Below are positions 1 to 8,556 of a stretch of 32,305 nt of DNA, in pieces. This DNA is from a virus (lineage: Duplodnaviria; Caudoviricetes): positions 1 through 32,305 of IMG/VR virus record IMGVR_UViG_3300011422_000014; one strand, written 5' to 3'. Every line of letters begins with the position of its first letter. Position 1 is the first letter of the stretch. The translations under genes were made by a program, and so were the position numbers. The notes under the pieces are model-generated. The model searched no databases. It was given only the letters and a program-made list of their open reading frames with translations, and was not told the DNA's origin.

Positions 1-190
1 AAACCCCTCATATTGGGGGGGCCTTTGTTTTTTGCCGGGGGGGGGGGCGTTTGGGTTGGGGGGTTGCCGGGGGGGGGGGGGGGGGGGGGGGCGCGGGGGG
101 GGGCCCCGTGGCAAATCTCAATTTTAAGTTTTGAAACGGAAAGGGGGAAAGGGGGGGGGGGGGCAAGGGATTTGGGGGGGGGGGGGGGGT
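1..190. other. Low-complexity poly-G/poly-T sequence, probably a low-quality contig end
   Basis: Multiple G runs of 7 to over 20 nt, unlike the rest of the window. Confidence 0.7.
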
Positions 191-196
191 AATGAA

Positions 197-406
197 ATGC
201 AGAGCACAGAGTGCAGAGCGCAGAACGGGAAGATGCGCCGGCGTCGGGGGATTTGGAAGCGCGTGGACGGGAATAGCGTGCGCTATGAGCTGGACCGGAA
301 GCGCGGGCTCAAGGTGCGGCGCGGCCGGAGGCGCAAGGAGCGGGTCATCAGTTTCAGCGACCTGCTGGACCTGGCTGAGGGGCAACTAAAGATGAATCTC
401 ATATGA
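197..406 (+). CDS. Small basic hypothetical phage protein
   Basis: ATG at 197 after the poly-G region; Arg/Lys-rich; ATGA overlap with next gene; true start may be obscured. Confidence 0.55.
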   Translation: MQSTECRAQNGKMRRRRGIWKRVDGNSVRYELDRKRGLKVRRGRRRKERVISFSDLLDLAEGQLKMNLI

Positions 407-618
407 TACCGATGATCGATTTGAAGGATGGCATTAACCGCGAGAGGAAGTCGGTGTGGGTGAAGCGGGCGTTCGCCCTGGTGTTTTTATTCTCGTCCAT
501 GTGCCTATGCGGCGCGGGGCTTGGAGTGCTGGTGGCTTCGGTGGATAATGTTTGGTTTTCCGGGCTGGTCGTTGTGATCGCTGCCGGCATGGCCTTCACG
601 GCCCGATACCTACTGTGA
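403..618 (+). CDS. Small two-TM membrane protein
   Basis: Two hydrophobic segments (AFALVFLFSSMCLCGAGLGVLVA; VWFSGLVVVIAAGMAF); coupled by 4-bp overlaps on both sides. Confidence 0.65.
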   Translation: MIPMIDLKDGINRERKSVWVKRAFALVFLFSSMCLCGAGLGVLVASVDNVWFSGLVVVIAAGMAFTARYLL

Positions 619-869
619 CCATGGACGCCGAAAACAACCAGGACTGCAACTGCTGGCAGGAAAAGAACCGGGGCCTGCAGGAGCGCGGCTACAAGATTGC
701 AGACATCTGCACGACGCTGAAGGTGGACGATCTGACGCTGCGAGCGGTGCACGGATTTCCCCTGCAGCGCGCCGATGGCGGCAAGCTGAAGCGCAACGAT
801 CCGAACCTAATTTCGATCAGCTACTGTCCGTTTTGCGGGAAACCGATTGAACCAAAAAACAAACCATGA
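615..869 (+). CDS. Small Cys-rich (CxC...CPFCG) zinc-ribbon phage protein
   Basis: GTGA overlap at 615 (alternative ATG 621); CNC and YCPFCGKP motifs. Confidence 0.7.
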   Translation: MTMDAENNQDCNCWQEKNRGLQERGYKIADICTTLKVDDLTLRAVHGFPLQRADGGKLKRNDPNLISISYCPFCGKPIEPKNKP

Positions 870-1435
870 ACGAGAAACAATACAACACGATCAACGAATT
901 ACTGGCGGAGTACTCGAGTCTGAACGCGGCCCTGGAGGCAGCGGAGGCGGAGATTAAGACGGTGCAACTGGCGGCCGCTCAAGAGCTGCTGCCGAAGCAC
1001 GCGCAAGCGAAGATCCGCCTGGCGAACCTGGAGGCCGAGCTGCGCAAGGTGGCGGATGCCCACTACGAGGCGCTCTTCCCCGAGGACAAGAAGCGGACGC
1101 ACAACACGCCGTTTGGCGGGCTGCAGTACCGGAAGTCGTCGAGCCTGGATTATGACGACGAGGAGAAGGTGCTGTTGAAGATCCGGCTGGCGTGCCAGGA
1201 GGAACTCGCGCGCGAGGCGGTGGGACGGCCGGTCCGCTTCACCCTGGCGCAGCTCATCCGGACGCACGAGGAACCGAACCTGGAGGCGTTGAGCGAGCTG
1301 GACGACGCGACGCTGGCGCTGTTTGGCTGCCGGCGGGAACAGAAAGACAACTTCAAGGTGATCCCGTTTGCCATGAAGGCGGACAAGCCGGCGAAGCGAG
1401 ACGGGAAACGCCAGGCGGCGGAGACGGTGGGCTGA
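866..1435 (+). CDS. gam: Mu Gam-like host-nuclease inhibitor (DNA end-binding)
   Basis: N-terminal coiled coil, then KKRTHNTPFGGLQYRKS and LIRTHEEPNLEAL, typical of the Gam family; Mu early-region position. Confidence 0.8.
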   Translation: MNEKQYNTINELLAEYSSLNAALEAAEAEIKTVQLAAAQELLPKHAQAKIRLANLEAELRKVADAHYEALFPEDKKRTHNTPFGGLQYRKSSSLDYDDEEKVLLKIRLACQEELAREAVGRPVRFTLAQLIRTHEEPNLEALSELDDATLALFGCRREQKDNFKVIPFAMKADKPAKRDGKRQAAETVG

Positions 1436-1456
1436 GCGCGGCCGCGAGGAGGAAGC

Positions 1457-2005
1457 ATGAGTGAAGTGCAGAGTGCAGAGTGCGGAATGACGGCTGGGGT
1501 GCCGGTGAAGCGGCCGCAGCGTTACACGCATGAGGCGTCGTGCTGTGGCCGGCTGTATCATCGCTGGGTTTCGCGCAAGGGCGAGTCGATCGAGGGAGAC
1601 CAGGTGTGTCCGGCTTGCCGGAAGCCCTTGAGCTGGGCGCGGCAGTTTGGCTGGCACTCGCCGACGTATGAGCGGGTCATGCAACGGATCAGCGGGCTAT
1701 TGGGGAACTTCATGGTGGAGGACGTGGAGGTGGTGGCGCCGGAGATGCGGCGGAATCATTTGTCGGTCCTGCTGAATCAGCTTTGCGTCCGGACGGAATT
1801 CCTGGAGCGCGTGCGGGCGGGGCAGCGGAACAAGTGCGGGGCGGTTTATCGGCGGTCGGCAAAGTTTCCGCAGTTATTGAGTGAGGCGCTGAAGACCGGG
1901 GAGCACTCGTCACCTCGTGTCCTACCGGAAGACGACTTGGGGGAGATGACAGAGCGGGAGAAGGCGTGGCGGGAGTTGCGGGCGACGATGGAGGTACCGG
2001 AGTGA
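1457..2005 (+). CDS. Hypothetical protein with CC...CPAC zinc motif
   Basis: AGGAGG SD before ATG; SCCG and VCPACRK; GTGA overlap with next gene. Confidence 0.7.
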   Translation: MSEVQSAECGMTAGVPVKRPQRYTHEASCCGRLYHRWVSRKGESIEGDQVCPACRKPLSWARQFGWHSPTYERVMQRISGLLGNFMVEDVEVVAPEMRRNHLSVLLNQLCVRTEFLERVRAGQRNKCGAVYRRSAKFPQLLSEALKTGEHSSPRVLPEDDLGEMTEREKAWRELRATMEVPE

Positions 2006-2574
2006 CCGCGGGCTTGATGTTTCCGAAGCTGGGGGTGACCAGCCTGCGCGGGCAGGGGGGTTGTTATTGCGGCCGGCGAGGGCTACCGCGGGAATGGGTG
2101 CTGCGGATGTATGCGGATTACCAACGGCTGGGATCGCTGAGCAAGGCGGGAGCGCTGCATGGTCGGACGCGGCAGAACATGTATGGGATTTTCCAGACGG
2201 CGGGGCTCGAGCTGCGGCGCCGTAATTTCCGGCCGGCGATCACCTACCAGGGGCGCAAATATACCACGGATGGGTATGGCTACTGGCGCGACACGATTTA
2301 CCGGTCGCAAAACTACCGGCCGGGAATGACGTATCTGCATCACCGCATTTGGATCGCGCACCATGGGCCGATCCCGCCGGGGCACACGATTTGTTTCAAG
2401 GACGGGAACCGACGGAACTGCGACATCGAGAACCTCGAGATGCTGACGCACGACGAGCAGCAGCAGCGCCGGGGCACGGGAAAGAACGGCGCGACGGTGA
2501 CGGCCGGAACGCGGCTGGAATTGCTGCTGTCGGGCCGGGCCGGAATGACGGCGACGATGGCGAGGAGGCGATGA
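2002..2574 (+). CDS. HNH_3-like endonuclease-domain protein with N-terminal HTH-like segment
   Basis: LHHRIWIAHHGPIPPGHTICFKDGNRRNCDIENLEML; GTG start overlapping the previous stop. Confidence 0.8.
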   Translation: MTAGLMFPKLGVTSLRGQGGCYCGRRGLPREWVLRMYADYQRLGSLSKAGALHGRTRQNMYGIFQTAGLELRRRNFRPAITYQGRKYTTDGYGYWRDTIYRSQNYRPGMTYLHHRIWIAHHGPIPPGHTICFKDGNRRNCDIENLEMLTHDEQQQRRGTGKNGATVTAGTRLELLLSGRAGMTATMARRR

Positions 2575-2578
2575 CTGT

Positions 2579-3139
2579 ATGAACCCGAAATCTCCCCTGC
2601 CGCAACCGCAGCCGACGACGCCCCTGCAGGGGGAGATGCGGCCGTTTGGGTTCAAGGATGCGAACATAACGCGGCTGGCCTCGCGGGCGCGGGCGCAGGC
2701 GGGGAGCCGGTGGGCGGTTATCAAGCCGAAGCGGGCGAGCCGGGGGCTGATCTGGCGCGGCCGGCCGTATTACTGGACGCGCAAGGGCTATTATCGGTCG
2801 GGCTCGGGAGATCGGCGGCCGTTGCAGCATTTGATGTGGGAGGCGCATCACGGTCGCCGGATGCCGGCGCAGCACGAAATCTTCTTCCGCGATCGCGATC
2901 GCCACAATGTTTCCCTGGGGAACTTGGAACTATTGAGCAAGGCGGAGCTGCACAAACGGACCATCGAGCTGGGGGAAATACTCCAGATCAGCCTGGAGCA
3001 GCGGCGGCAGATTGCCGGGATCCGCTGGACGCGGCATGCGCGCAAGGGGACGGCTTTGCTGCTGAAGAATTTCAACCAAGAAAACAAACATGAGCACCAA
3101 CACATTGAATCGATCCAAGCCCTCGCCGAACGGCGCTAA
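2579..3139 (+). CDS. Second HNH_3-like endonuclease-domain protein
   Basis: LQHLMWEAHHGRRMPAQHEIFFRDRDRHNVSLGNLELL. Confidence 0.75.
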   Translation: MNPKSPLPQPQPTTPLQGEMRPFGFKDANITRLASRARAQAGSRWAVIKPKRASRGLIWRGRPYYWTRKGYYRSGSGDRRPLQHLMWEAHHGRRMPAQHEIFFRDRDRHNVSLGNLELLSKAELHKRTIELGEILQISLEQRRQIAGIRWTRHARKGTALLLKNFNQENKHEHQHIESIQALAERR

Positions 3140-4502
3140 GCTGAATATATCATGCCCGGAAGAGATCCGGCGGCTGATCGAGATCGGGAAGAGCCGGGGA
3201 CTGATCCGGGACGGGCGGGACCCGGTGAAGATCGAGAAGAACGGGATTGACCTGGCGCGGTTGGAGAACGTCACCATCCAGAAGGTGGACGTGACGCCGG
3301 CGATGGCGGGGTATTGGCTGCAGAACAATTTCCGGAACCGGCCGATGGTGGAGGACGTGGTGAAAGCGTACGCGCGGGACATGGTGCTGGGGCAGTGGGT
3401 GTTCACGCACCAGGGGATCGCGTTCAACGACCAGGACCAGTTGATCGACGGACAGCATCGGCTGCGGGCGGTTGTAATGTCGGGGGTGACAATTCCGATG
3501 ATGGTGACATTCGGCCTGCCGAGCGCGATCGATGGCCGGCAGATGACGACGATGGATTGCGTGGACCGGGGGCGGACGCGGACGGTGGGGGACCAGCTCG
3601 CGATCCAGCACGCGATCAAGAACGGGAGCATAGTGGCCTCGATTTGCGCGGCGATGGCGAGCCTTTGTTTCGGGGAGCGGACGCGTCGGCTGAGCGTGGG
3701 GCAGACGCTGGAGGTATATCGTGAGTTTCAAAGCGCGGTGGATTTCGTGATCGCGCACAAGAGCAAGTCGGTGGGGCTGCGGTCCACCGGGGTATTGGCG
3801 GGGTTTGTGTTTGCGATGGCGAGCGATGAAACGAACCTGGCTTGGGTCGAAAAGGTGGCGGCGATGTTTGAGGCGCTGAACACGGGGGAGCAACTCAGGG
3901 AGAGGTCGGCGATGACGGCGCTGCGGGCGTTTTTGACGAGCGACGAGGCGAAGCTGATCACGCGGTCGCTGGATCGCGGGCTGGCGGAGCTGGTGCTGCA
4001 GGCGATTCACCTGGAGATATTGGGACGCACGGTGGAGAAGCTGGAGATGTCGCTCGATGGGGCGGAGCATTTCAAGGGTCTGCAGCGGGAGCGGGTGGAG
4101 AAGATTGCGGGGTTGTTTCGATTACCGTCGAAGGGGGATTTAACAGGAGGGAACGGAGGGAACGGAGGTGGAAAGCCGAAAGAGACTATTGCGGCTCCGG
4201 CCGTGGCGGTGCCACGCGGAGAGAACGGGAAGCCTTCCCTGGAACGGATCTTGTTCGTGGTCGAGAAGGAGTTTGGAGTTAGCAGGCTGATCCTGGCGGG
4301 CCGTGGGACGGACGCGGAGGTGGCCTGGCCGCGGGCGGCGTTTGTGAATGTGGCGATGAGCTACGGGCACGGGCGGGAGGAGATCGGAGCGGTGCTGAAG
4401 CGGACGGGGGCGCTGGTGCTGATGTTGCACTTTCCGAAGTCAGAGCTGGGGCCGCGGCAATTGAAGTCACTGGAGCGGATCCGGGCGGAGGTTAACCGCT
4501 AA
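3090..4502 (+). CDS. ParB/Srx-like N-terminal domain protein fused to a DnaA domain IV-like HTH
   Basis: VTPAMA..WL..N.RNRP, GIAF...LIDGQHRLRAVV, DRGRTRT (ParB-like phage family); C-terminal LERILFVVEKEFGVSRLILAGRGTDAEVAWPR...EIGAVLKR resembles Bac_DnaA_C. Confidence 0.75.
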   Translation: MSTNTLNRSKPSPNGAKLNISCPEEIRRLIEIGKSRGLIRDGRDPVKIEKNGIDLARLENVTIQKVDVTPAMAGYWLQNNFRNRPMVEDVVKAYARDMVLGQWVFTHQGIAFNDQDQLIDGQHRLRAVVMSGVTIPMMVTFGLPSAIDGRQMTTMDCVDRGRTRTVGDQLAIQHAIKNGSIVASICAAMASLCFGERTRRLSVGQTLEVYREFQSAVDFVIAHKSKSVGLRSTGVLAGFVFAMASDETNLAWVEKVAAMFEALNTGEQLRERSAMTALRAFLTSDEAKLITRSLDRGLAELVLQAIHLEILGRTVEKLEMSLDGAEHFKGLQRERVEKIAGLFRLPSKGDLTGGNGGNGGGKPKETIAAPAVAVPRGENGKPSLERILFVVEKEFGVSRLILAGRGTDAEVAWPRAAFVNVAMSYGHGREEIGAVLKRTGALVLMLHFPKSELGPRQLKSLERIRAEVNR

Positions 4503-4511
4503 TTAACGCTA

Positions 4512-4835
4512 ATGAACGCTGATCCAATGAAGACGGTAAAACCAAAGGTCCGGAAGATTACCTATAGTACGAAGTGCGATTTTTGCGGAGCAGGGGCGAC
4601 TCTGCATAGCGCTAAACTCGGGAAGAACGCTTGTTTGAAATGCGCATGCTCGTGCTGCGACTTTAAGGGGATTGAGGTCTGGATCTGTTGCCATACCAAG
4701 AAGTGTGGGTGGCAAGGGCAGTGGCAAGAGCTGAATTTCGTGCGCCAACAGGGCCGAATCTCCGAGCTGGGTAAGTGCCCTTTATGCGGTAGTCAGAGTT
4801 TTTACCTCCGGAACCTGCATGGAGAAAAGATATGA
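4512..4835 (+). CDS. Cys-rich zinc-finger protein (lower GC accessory gene)
   Basis: CDFC, CLKC, CSCC, CC...C and CPLC motifs; ATGA overlap with next gene. Confidence 0.65.
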   Translation: MNADPMKTVKPKVRKITYSTKCDFCGAGATLHSAKLGKNACLKCACSCCDFKGIEVWICCHTKKCGWQGQWQELNFVRQQGRISELGKCPLCGSQSFYLRNLHGEKI

Positions 4836-5440
4836 CCAAAGCCCAGGAGACGATGTATTGGCGCCGGTGGGGTGCGGTGGCGCGGGCGAACCGGTGGCGG
4901 ATGGTGAAGGGGCGGCTGGATCCCGAGGCGGTGCTGGGGGTGAGTGAGGCGCATTTGAGGGTGGCGACGGCCGCGGCGGCGCTCGCGCTGCAGGGTCACC
5001 GCGGGATGACGGCAGAGGATCTGCGGCATGGCTGCCACGTCGCTGCGTGCGGGCGGGACATGGGGCATGGGCGGATGGGAAACAAGGAGTTTGACCAGGT
5101 GTTGAATTACTGGGGGGACGAGCGGCTGGTGCGAGGGTTGTTGATCGAGCCGCTGGACCTGGGGAGCGAGATACACCGGACGAATCCGGGATTGAAGAGC
5201 CGGGAGCGGCACTTGTGGTTTCTGCGGGAGGAATGCCTGGGGGGGTATGTGGCGAGCGAATGCCAGCGGATTTATGGGACGAAGGATCTGGAGGGGCTGG
5301 GGGATGTGGAGCTGGCGGCGTTGAGTAATCATATGAGGAAGCGGCCGCATGCTTTGAAAAATCCGAAGGCCGAAATCCGAGATCCGAAAGAAGACCGAAA
5401 TCCGAAGGCCGAAGTGGAGACTGCGGGGAATCCGTTTTAG
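4832..5440 (+). CDS. Hypothetical protein, possible GemA/Mu gp16-like
   Basis: Position in the Mu semi-essential region; helical, with an MGNKEFDQVL segment and a C-terminal LEGLGDVELAAL; family call is weak. Confidence 0.6.
   Translation: MTKAQETMYWRRWGAVARANRWRMVKGRLDPEAVLGVSEAHLRVATAAAALALQGHRGMTAEDLRHGCHVAACGRDMGHGRMGNKEFDQVLNYWGDERLVRGLLIEPLDLGSEIHRTNPGLKSRERHLWFLREECLGGYVASECQRIYGTKDLEGLGDVELAALSNHMRKRPHALKNPKAEIRDPKEDRNPKAEVETAGNPF
5361..5413 (+). repeat. 53-bp heptamer element (NNCCGAA x4 + AGAA + x3), copy 1
   Basis: atccgaa ggccgaa atccgag atccgaa agaa gaccgaa atccgaa ggccgaa. Confidence 0.9.
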
Positions 5441-5443
5441 TCC

Positions 5444-6031
5444 GTGATGAACGCGAAACAGGAATACAGAAAGTGCTGGCGGGCCGCGAACCCGGAGAAG
5501 AGTCGGGAAATCGATAGGCGATGGCGGGCCGCGAACCGAGAGAAGCTTCGGGAACAAGCTAGGCGATGGCGGGCCGCGAACCGAGAGAAGGATCGGGAAC
5601 AAACTAGGCGATGGCGGGCCGCGAACCGAGAGAAGCTTCGGGAACAAGCTAGGCGATGGCGGGCCGCGAACTCGGAGAAGGTTCGGGAACAAGCTAGGCG
5701 ATGGCGGGCCGCGAACCGAGAGAAGGATCGGGAACAAGCTAGGCGATGGCGGGCCGCGAACCCGGAGAAGCTTCGGGAACAACAAAGGCGATGGCGGGCC
5801 GCGAACCGAGAGAAGCTTCGGGAAAAACTAAGGCGATGGCGGCCCGCGAACCGAGAGAGGCTTCGGGAACAACAAAGGCGAGCGAGTAAAGAGCTGACAG
5901 CAGCCTACGTTAGGAGAGTTTTATTAAAGGGAATGGAGGGTGTGACCGGCATCGAGTTTCCCGACCGGTTGATCGCACTCAAGCGCCGGGCGCTGCAGTT
6001 GCGGAGACTTTATGAAAAAACGCACATATAA
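5444..6031 (+). CDS. Basic tandem-repeat protein (15-aa WRAANxEKxREQxRR x9)
   Basis: Open frame with repeats and a unique C-terminus LTAAYVRRVLL...LIALKRRALQLRR. Confidence 0.75.
   Translation: MMNAKQEYRKCWRAANPEKSREIDRRWRAANREKLREQARRWRAANREKDREQTRRWRAANREKLREQARRWRAANSEKVREQARRWRAANREKDREQARRWRAANPEKLREQQRRWRAANREKLREKLRRWRPANRERLREQQRRASKELTAAYVRRVLLKGMEGVTGIEFPDRLIALKRRALQLRRLYEKTHI
5477..5881 (+). repeat. 45-bp in-frame tandem repeat, 9 copies
   Basis: Unit approx tggcgggccgcgaaccgagagaagcttcgggaacaagctaggcga. Confidence 0.95.
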
Positions 6032-6263
6032 TGGAGAGCAGTACGACGACATCGAGAAATTGATGGACGACGCCGAAAAGCTATTGGCAAACCCCAATAC
6101 AAGGTCGGAAGGGAGGGACCTTTTGCGACTGGCGAATCTGAGAGTTTCGCGCGAACGCAACCGCATGTTGTACGCTGGAATGACCAATCAACAGCCGAAC
6201 ATTCCACCGCTGGAACCCGCGCCGATAACCAAGCAGATCGCCGCCTCGAGTGAGAACTCCTGA
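6012..6263 (+). CDS. Small helical hypothetical phage protein
   Basis: Overlaps both neighbours; C-terminal LYAGMTNQQPNIPPLE. Confidence 0.65.
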   Translation: MKKRTYNGEQYDDIEKLMDDAEKLLANPNTRSEGRDLLRLANLRVSRERNRMLYAGMTNQQPNIPPLEPAPITKQIAASSENS

Positions 6264-6606
6264 TCCACAACCTGAGCTGGACCTGTTTTCGGCGGAGGCC
6301 GCGGCTGGGAGCCGGAATGCGGAGTGGTTTGTGGCGTTTTTGGAGGGCAGGGATTGGATTTCGGCGTCGGAGATTCTGCTGGAGCTGGGGCAGCCGGCGA
6401 CGGAGAACATGAAGCGGAAGCTGAGGAAATTGGCGGACGTGAGCGGGGGACGGATTTGCGGGCACCAGAAGGGCTACAAGCTGGTGCTGTCGATGACGCG
6501 GGAGGAATACGGCTGGTGGCGGAGTGAGGCGCTGAAGGCCGCGGACTCGATCAAGAGCCGGGTGCTGGAGAGTGACCGGGTGTTTTATGGGAGGGCGGCG
6601 GCGTGA
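6250..6606 (+). CDS. Probable winged-helix DNA-binding protein
   Basis: WISASEIL...KRKLRKLA...ICGHQKGYKL wing-like pattern. Confidence 0.65.
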   Translation: MRTPDPQPELDLFSAEAAAGSRNAEWFVAFLEGRDWISASEILLELGQPATENMKRKLRKLADVSGGRICGHQKGYKLVLSMTREEYGWWRSEALKAADSIKSRVLESDRVFYGRAAA

Positions 6607-6632
6607 GGATTTGAGATTACAGAAAGAAAACT

Positions 6633-7349
6633 ATGAAACGAAACAACACATGGCAATTGGCACAGGACTTATTTGATGCTGGGAATCGGGAGAAGCGCAA
6701 CCACGGACCTCGCATATGGGGTGAGGTGCGGGAATGGAAGGACCAGCCGACTGAGACCCAACTCGTTTGGCATGCCGTTGCGAAAGCGGCTAAAAAGCTA
6801 CTTCGCCTTAAAAGCGGGAAACGAGTTATCCGTGAGTTGGTGATTGTCTTTGTCCTCCTCCTGGTCGTGGCGGGGTGCGCGGGGCCGGGGACTGTGCCTC
6901 ACGCCAAGGACGCTAAGGGCGCTAAGGGGGATGAGGTTGAGCTCATGCCGCCGACGGGGAAGAGTCTGGCCAAGAATCTGTCCGCCGGTGAGGCGGTGAA
7001 GATTGGATTTCGGTGGTCGCATGCACATCCGGAGACGGTGGATTTCTACAAGCTTTATTACGGGGATGCCTCCCGGAAGTACACCAATTACGTGACGGCG
7101 TTCACGACGAACCTGGTGTTCATGGCGGACCGGGCGGTGCCGCATTATTTCACGGTGACGGCTTGCGCGAGCAACGGGCTAGAATCGGACTGGTGCAACG
7201 AGGTGGTTTATCCGCAGCACCTGACGCCGCGGTCGAACGCGGTGCTGGTGGTCGAGTATTCGAGCAACGGGGTGGTATGGATCGATTTCAGCAAGCAGAC
7301 GAACGCGGTACCGGGAGTGATGGGACTCTGGAAGTTGCGGATTGAATAG
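6633..7349 (+). CDS. Fibronectin type III-domain membrane protein or lipoprotein
   Basis: Hydrophobic stretch ending in lipobox-like VAGC; FN3 pattern W...FYKLYYG.ASRKYTN...YFTVTA...GLESDWCNEV. Confidence 0.7.
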   Translation: MKRNNTWQLAQDLFDAGNREKRNHGPRIWGEVREWKDQPTETQLVWHAVAKAAKKLLRLKSGKRVIRELVIVFVLLLVVAGCAGPGTVPHAKDAKGAKGDEVELMPPTGKSLAKNLSAGEAVKIGFRWSHAHPETVDFYKLYYGDASRKYTNYVTAFTTNLVFMADRAVPHYFTVTACASNGLESDWCNEVVYPQHLTPRSNAVLVVEYSSNGVVWIDFSKQTNAVPGVMGLWKLRIE

Positions 7350-7359
7350 AGGTAACGCT

Positions 7360-7806
7360 ATGAAGTGCCCCAAGTGCGGGATAGATGTGGATATGTTGAA
7401 GTTCACGACGACGGGGACGATGTGCCGTGCTTGCCACCAGGCGGGGTGCAGCGCGGGGGCGGCGTCGCCGGCGCAGCGGATGCCGGCGTTTTACCGGCCG
7501 ATGGGGCTGCCGCTGTTTTGGCGGGATGAAGCCTCGGGGGAATTGGCGGCGGTGGTGGAGATATTTCTGAAGTGGGTGGTGGGCGAGGCGGAGTCAGTGC
7601 CGGCGGCGGCGATGAAGCTGGTATGCGATTACTGCGTTTACTTTATTCATGCGCCGGTTTGGGAGCACACGTTCGCGAAGTTCGAGTGCGAGGATTACCT
7701 GGCGGAGCTGAATCAACTGAAGGCGCGGAGCAAGTTGCTGGCGAGCGCGGAGAGCGTGAGGCGGTGGAACGAGGAATGTTTGGATCTGGGCGTGGATCCG
7801 TTTTGA
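7360..7806 (+). CDS. Hypothetical protein with N-terminal zinc finger
   Basis: MKCPKCG...CRAC; ATG at 7360. Confidence 0.65.
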   Translation: MKCPKCGIDVDMLKFTTTGTMCRACHQAGCSAGAASPAQRMPAFYRPMGLPLFWRDEASGELAAVVEIFLKWVVGEAESVPAAAMKLVCDYCVYFIHAPVWEHTFAKFECEDYLAELNQLKARSKLLASAESVRRWNEECLDLGVDPF

Positions 7807-7809
7807 GGC

Positions 7810-8052
7810 ATGGAGAAAATAGAGCCACAGCAGATGGAGTTTCCGAGTCTGGCCTTCCCGAAGGACCGGACGGTATTGTACGTGTTCGAAGTGGCGGCAA
7901 AGCTGCGGGTGAGCGAGCGGCACGTGATTGATTTGATCGAGGAGGGGAAGCTGCGGGCGATCAACATCGCGGGAGCGAACGCGACGGACAAACGATTTTA
8001 TCGGGTGCCAGTAGAGGCATGGGAGTCTTATTTGGCGGGGGCGATGATATGA
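7810..8052 (+). CDS. Excisionase/MerR-like HTH_17 DNA-binding protein, candidate late-gene activator
   Basis: LYVFEVAAKLRVSERHVIDLIEEGKLRAINI...YRVP; occupies the Mor/C position before the late operon. Confidence 0.8.
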   Translation: MEKIEPQQMEFPSLAFPKDRTVLYVFEVAAKLRVSERHVIDLIEEGKLRAINIAGANATDKRFYRVPVEAWESYLAGAMI

Positions 8053-8333
8053 GCGTTAAACAATTCTTGTTCTCCCGGAAGATAGGGACTCAGTGTTTCT
8101 CACTGCTGATCCCCTGCCAGGACTGGCAGGATGCAAAGGACTTGGCTGCAAGGACGGGGATGATTGCAGAAGGCACGGACATGCTCACGATTCCCTGCGT
8201 GCCAATACCGCAGTTGATGGTTTTTCTGCAGACACTGGCAATCGGCGACGAGATCAAATGGAAGTATTATGCCGAGGAACAAATCGAAGCATTCTTAAGC
8301 GCCGGCTGGCCGGAAAGGCCGCATGAAATGTGA
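8049..8333 (+). CDS. Hypothetical protein (lower GC)
   Basis: ATGA overlap at 8049; 94 aa ORF. Confidence 0.5.
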   Translation: MSVKQFLFSRKIGTQCFSLLIPCQDWQDAKDLAARTGMIAEGTDMLTIPCVPIPQLMVFLQTLAIGDEIKWKYYAEEQIEAFLSAGWPERPHEM

Positions 8334-8369
8334 CGGCTGAGAAAATGGCGTAATGCAGTGAGTGTGGTG

Positions 8370-8399
8370 AGCCTGGCTGTGGCCGGGCTTTTTCTTTTT
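8370..8399 (+). terminator. Rho-independent terminator ending the early/middle operon
   Basis: agcctggc-tgtg-gccgggct stem-loop followed by ttttcttttt. Confidence 0.75.
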
Positions 8400-8404
8400 G
8401 GCAG

Positions 8405-8537
8405 ACTGCGCTGGTGATGGCGTGGGCACATTCAGCAACACAACTTCATTTTGCCGGGCCGGCCACCAAACGGCCACTTCCTCCGGCCGCCACCCCCACG
8501 TGGGTGACCGGTTCCGGCATGCCTTCCCCAGCGCAGT
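8405..8537 (+). ncRNA. Predicted multibranch structured RNA in the late-operon leader
   Basis: Outer stem 8405-8424/8518-8537 (18 of 20 pairs), inner stem 8453-8462/8508-8518, and two hairpins (cggcc/ggccg; caccc/gggtg). Confidence 0.45.
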
Positions 8538-8556
8538 TAACCACAGTCCGATACCT

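Noticed and set aside
1-190. G-quadruplex or Pro/Gly-rich ORFs (8..385 minus; 131 start)
   Set aside because: Irregular homopolymer runs at the sequence edge look like low-quality base calls, and the ORFs are by-products
5477-5881. CRISPR array
   Set aside because: Units are contiguous with no unique spacers, length is a multiple of 3 and in frame, and there are no cas genes
5477-5881. WRAAN repeats as prohead protease AAN sites
   Set aside because: Early non-structural gene, the motif is followed by R/P/S rather than E, and this peptide type is common in phage basic linkers
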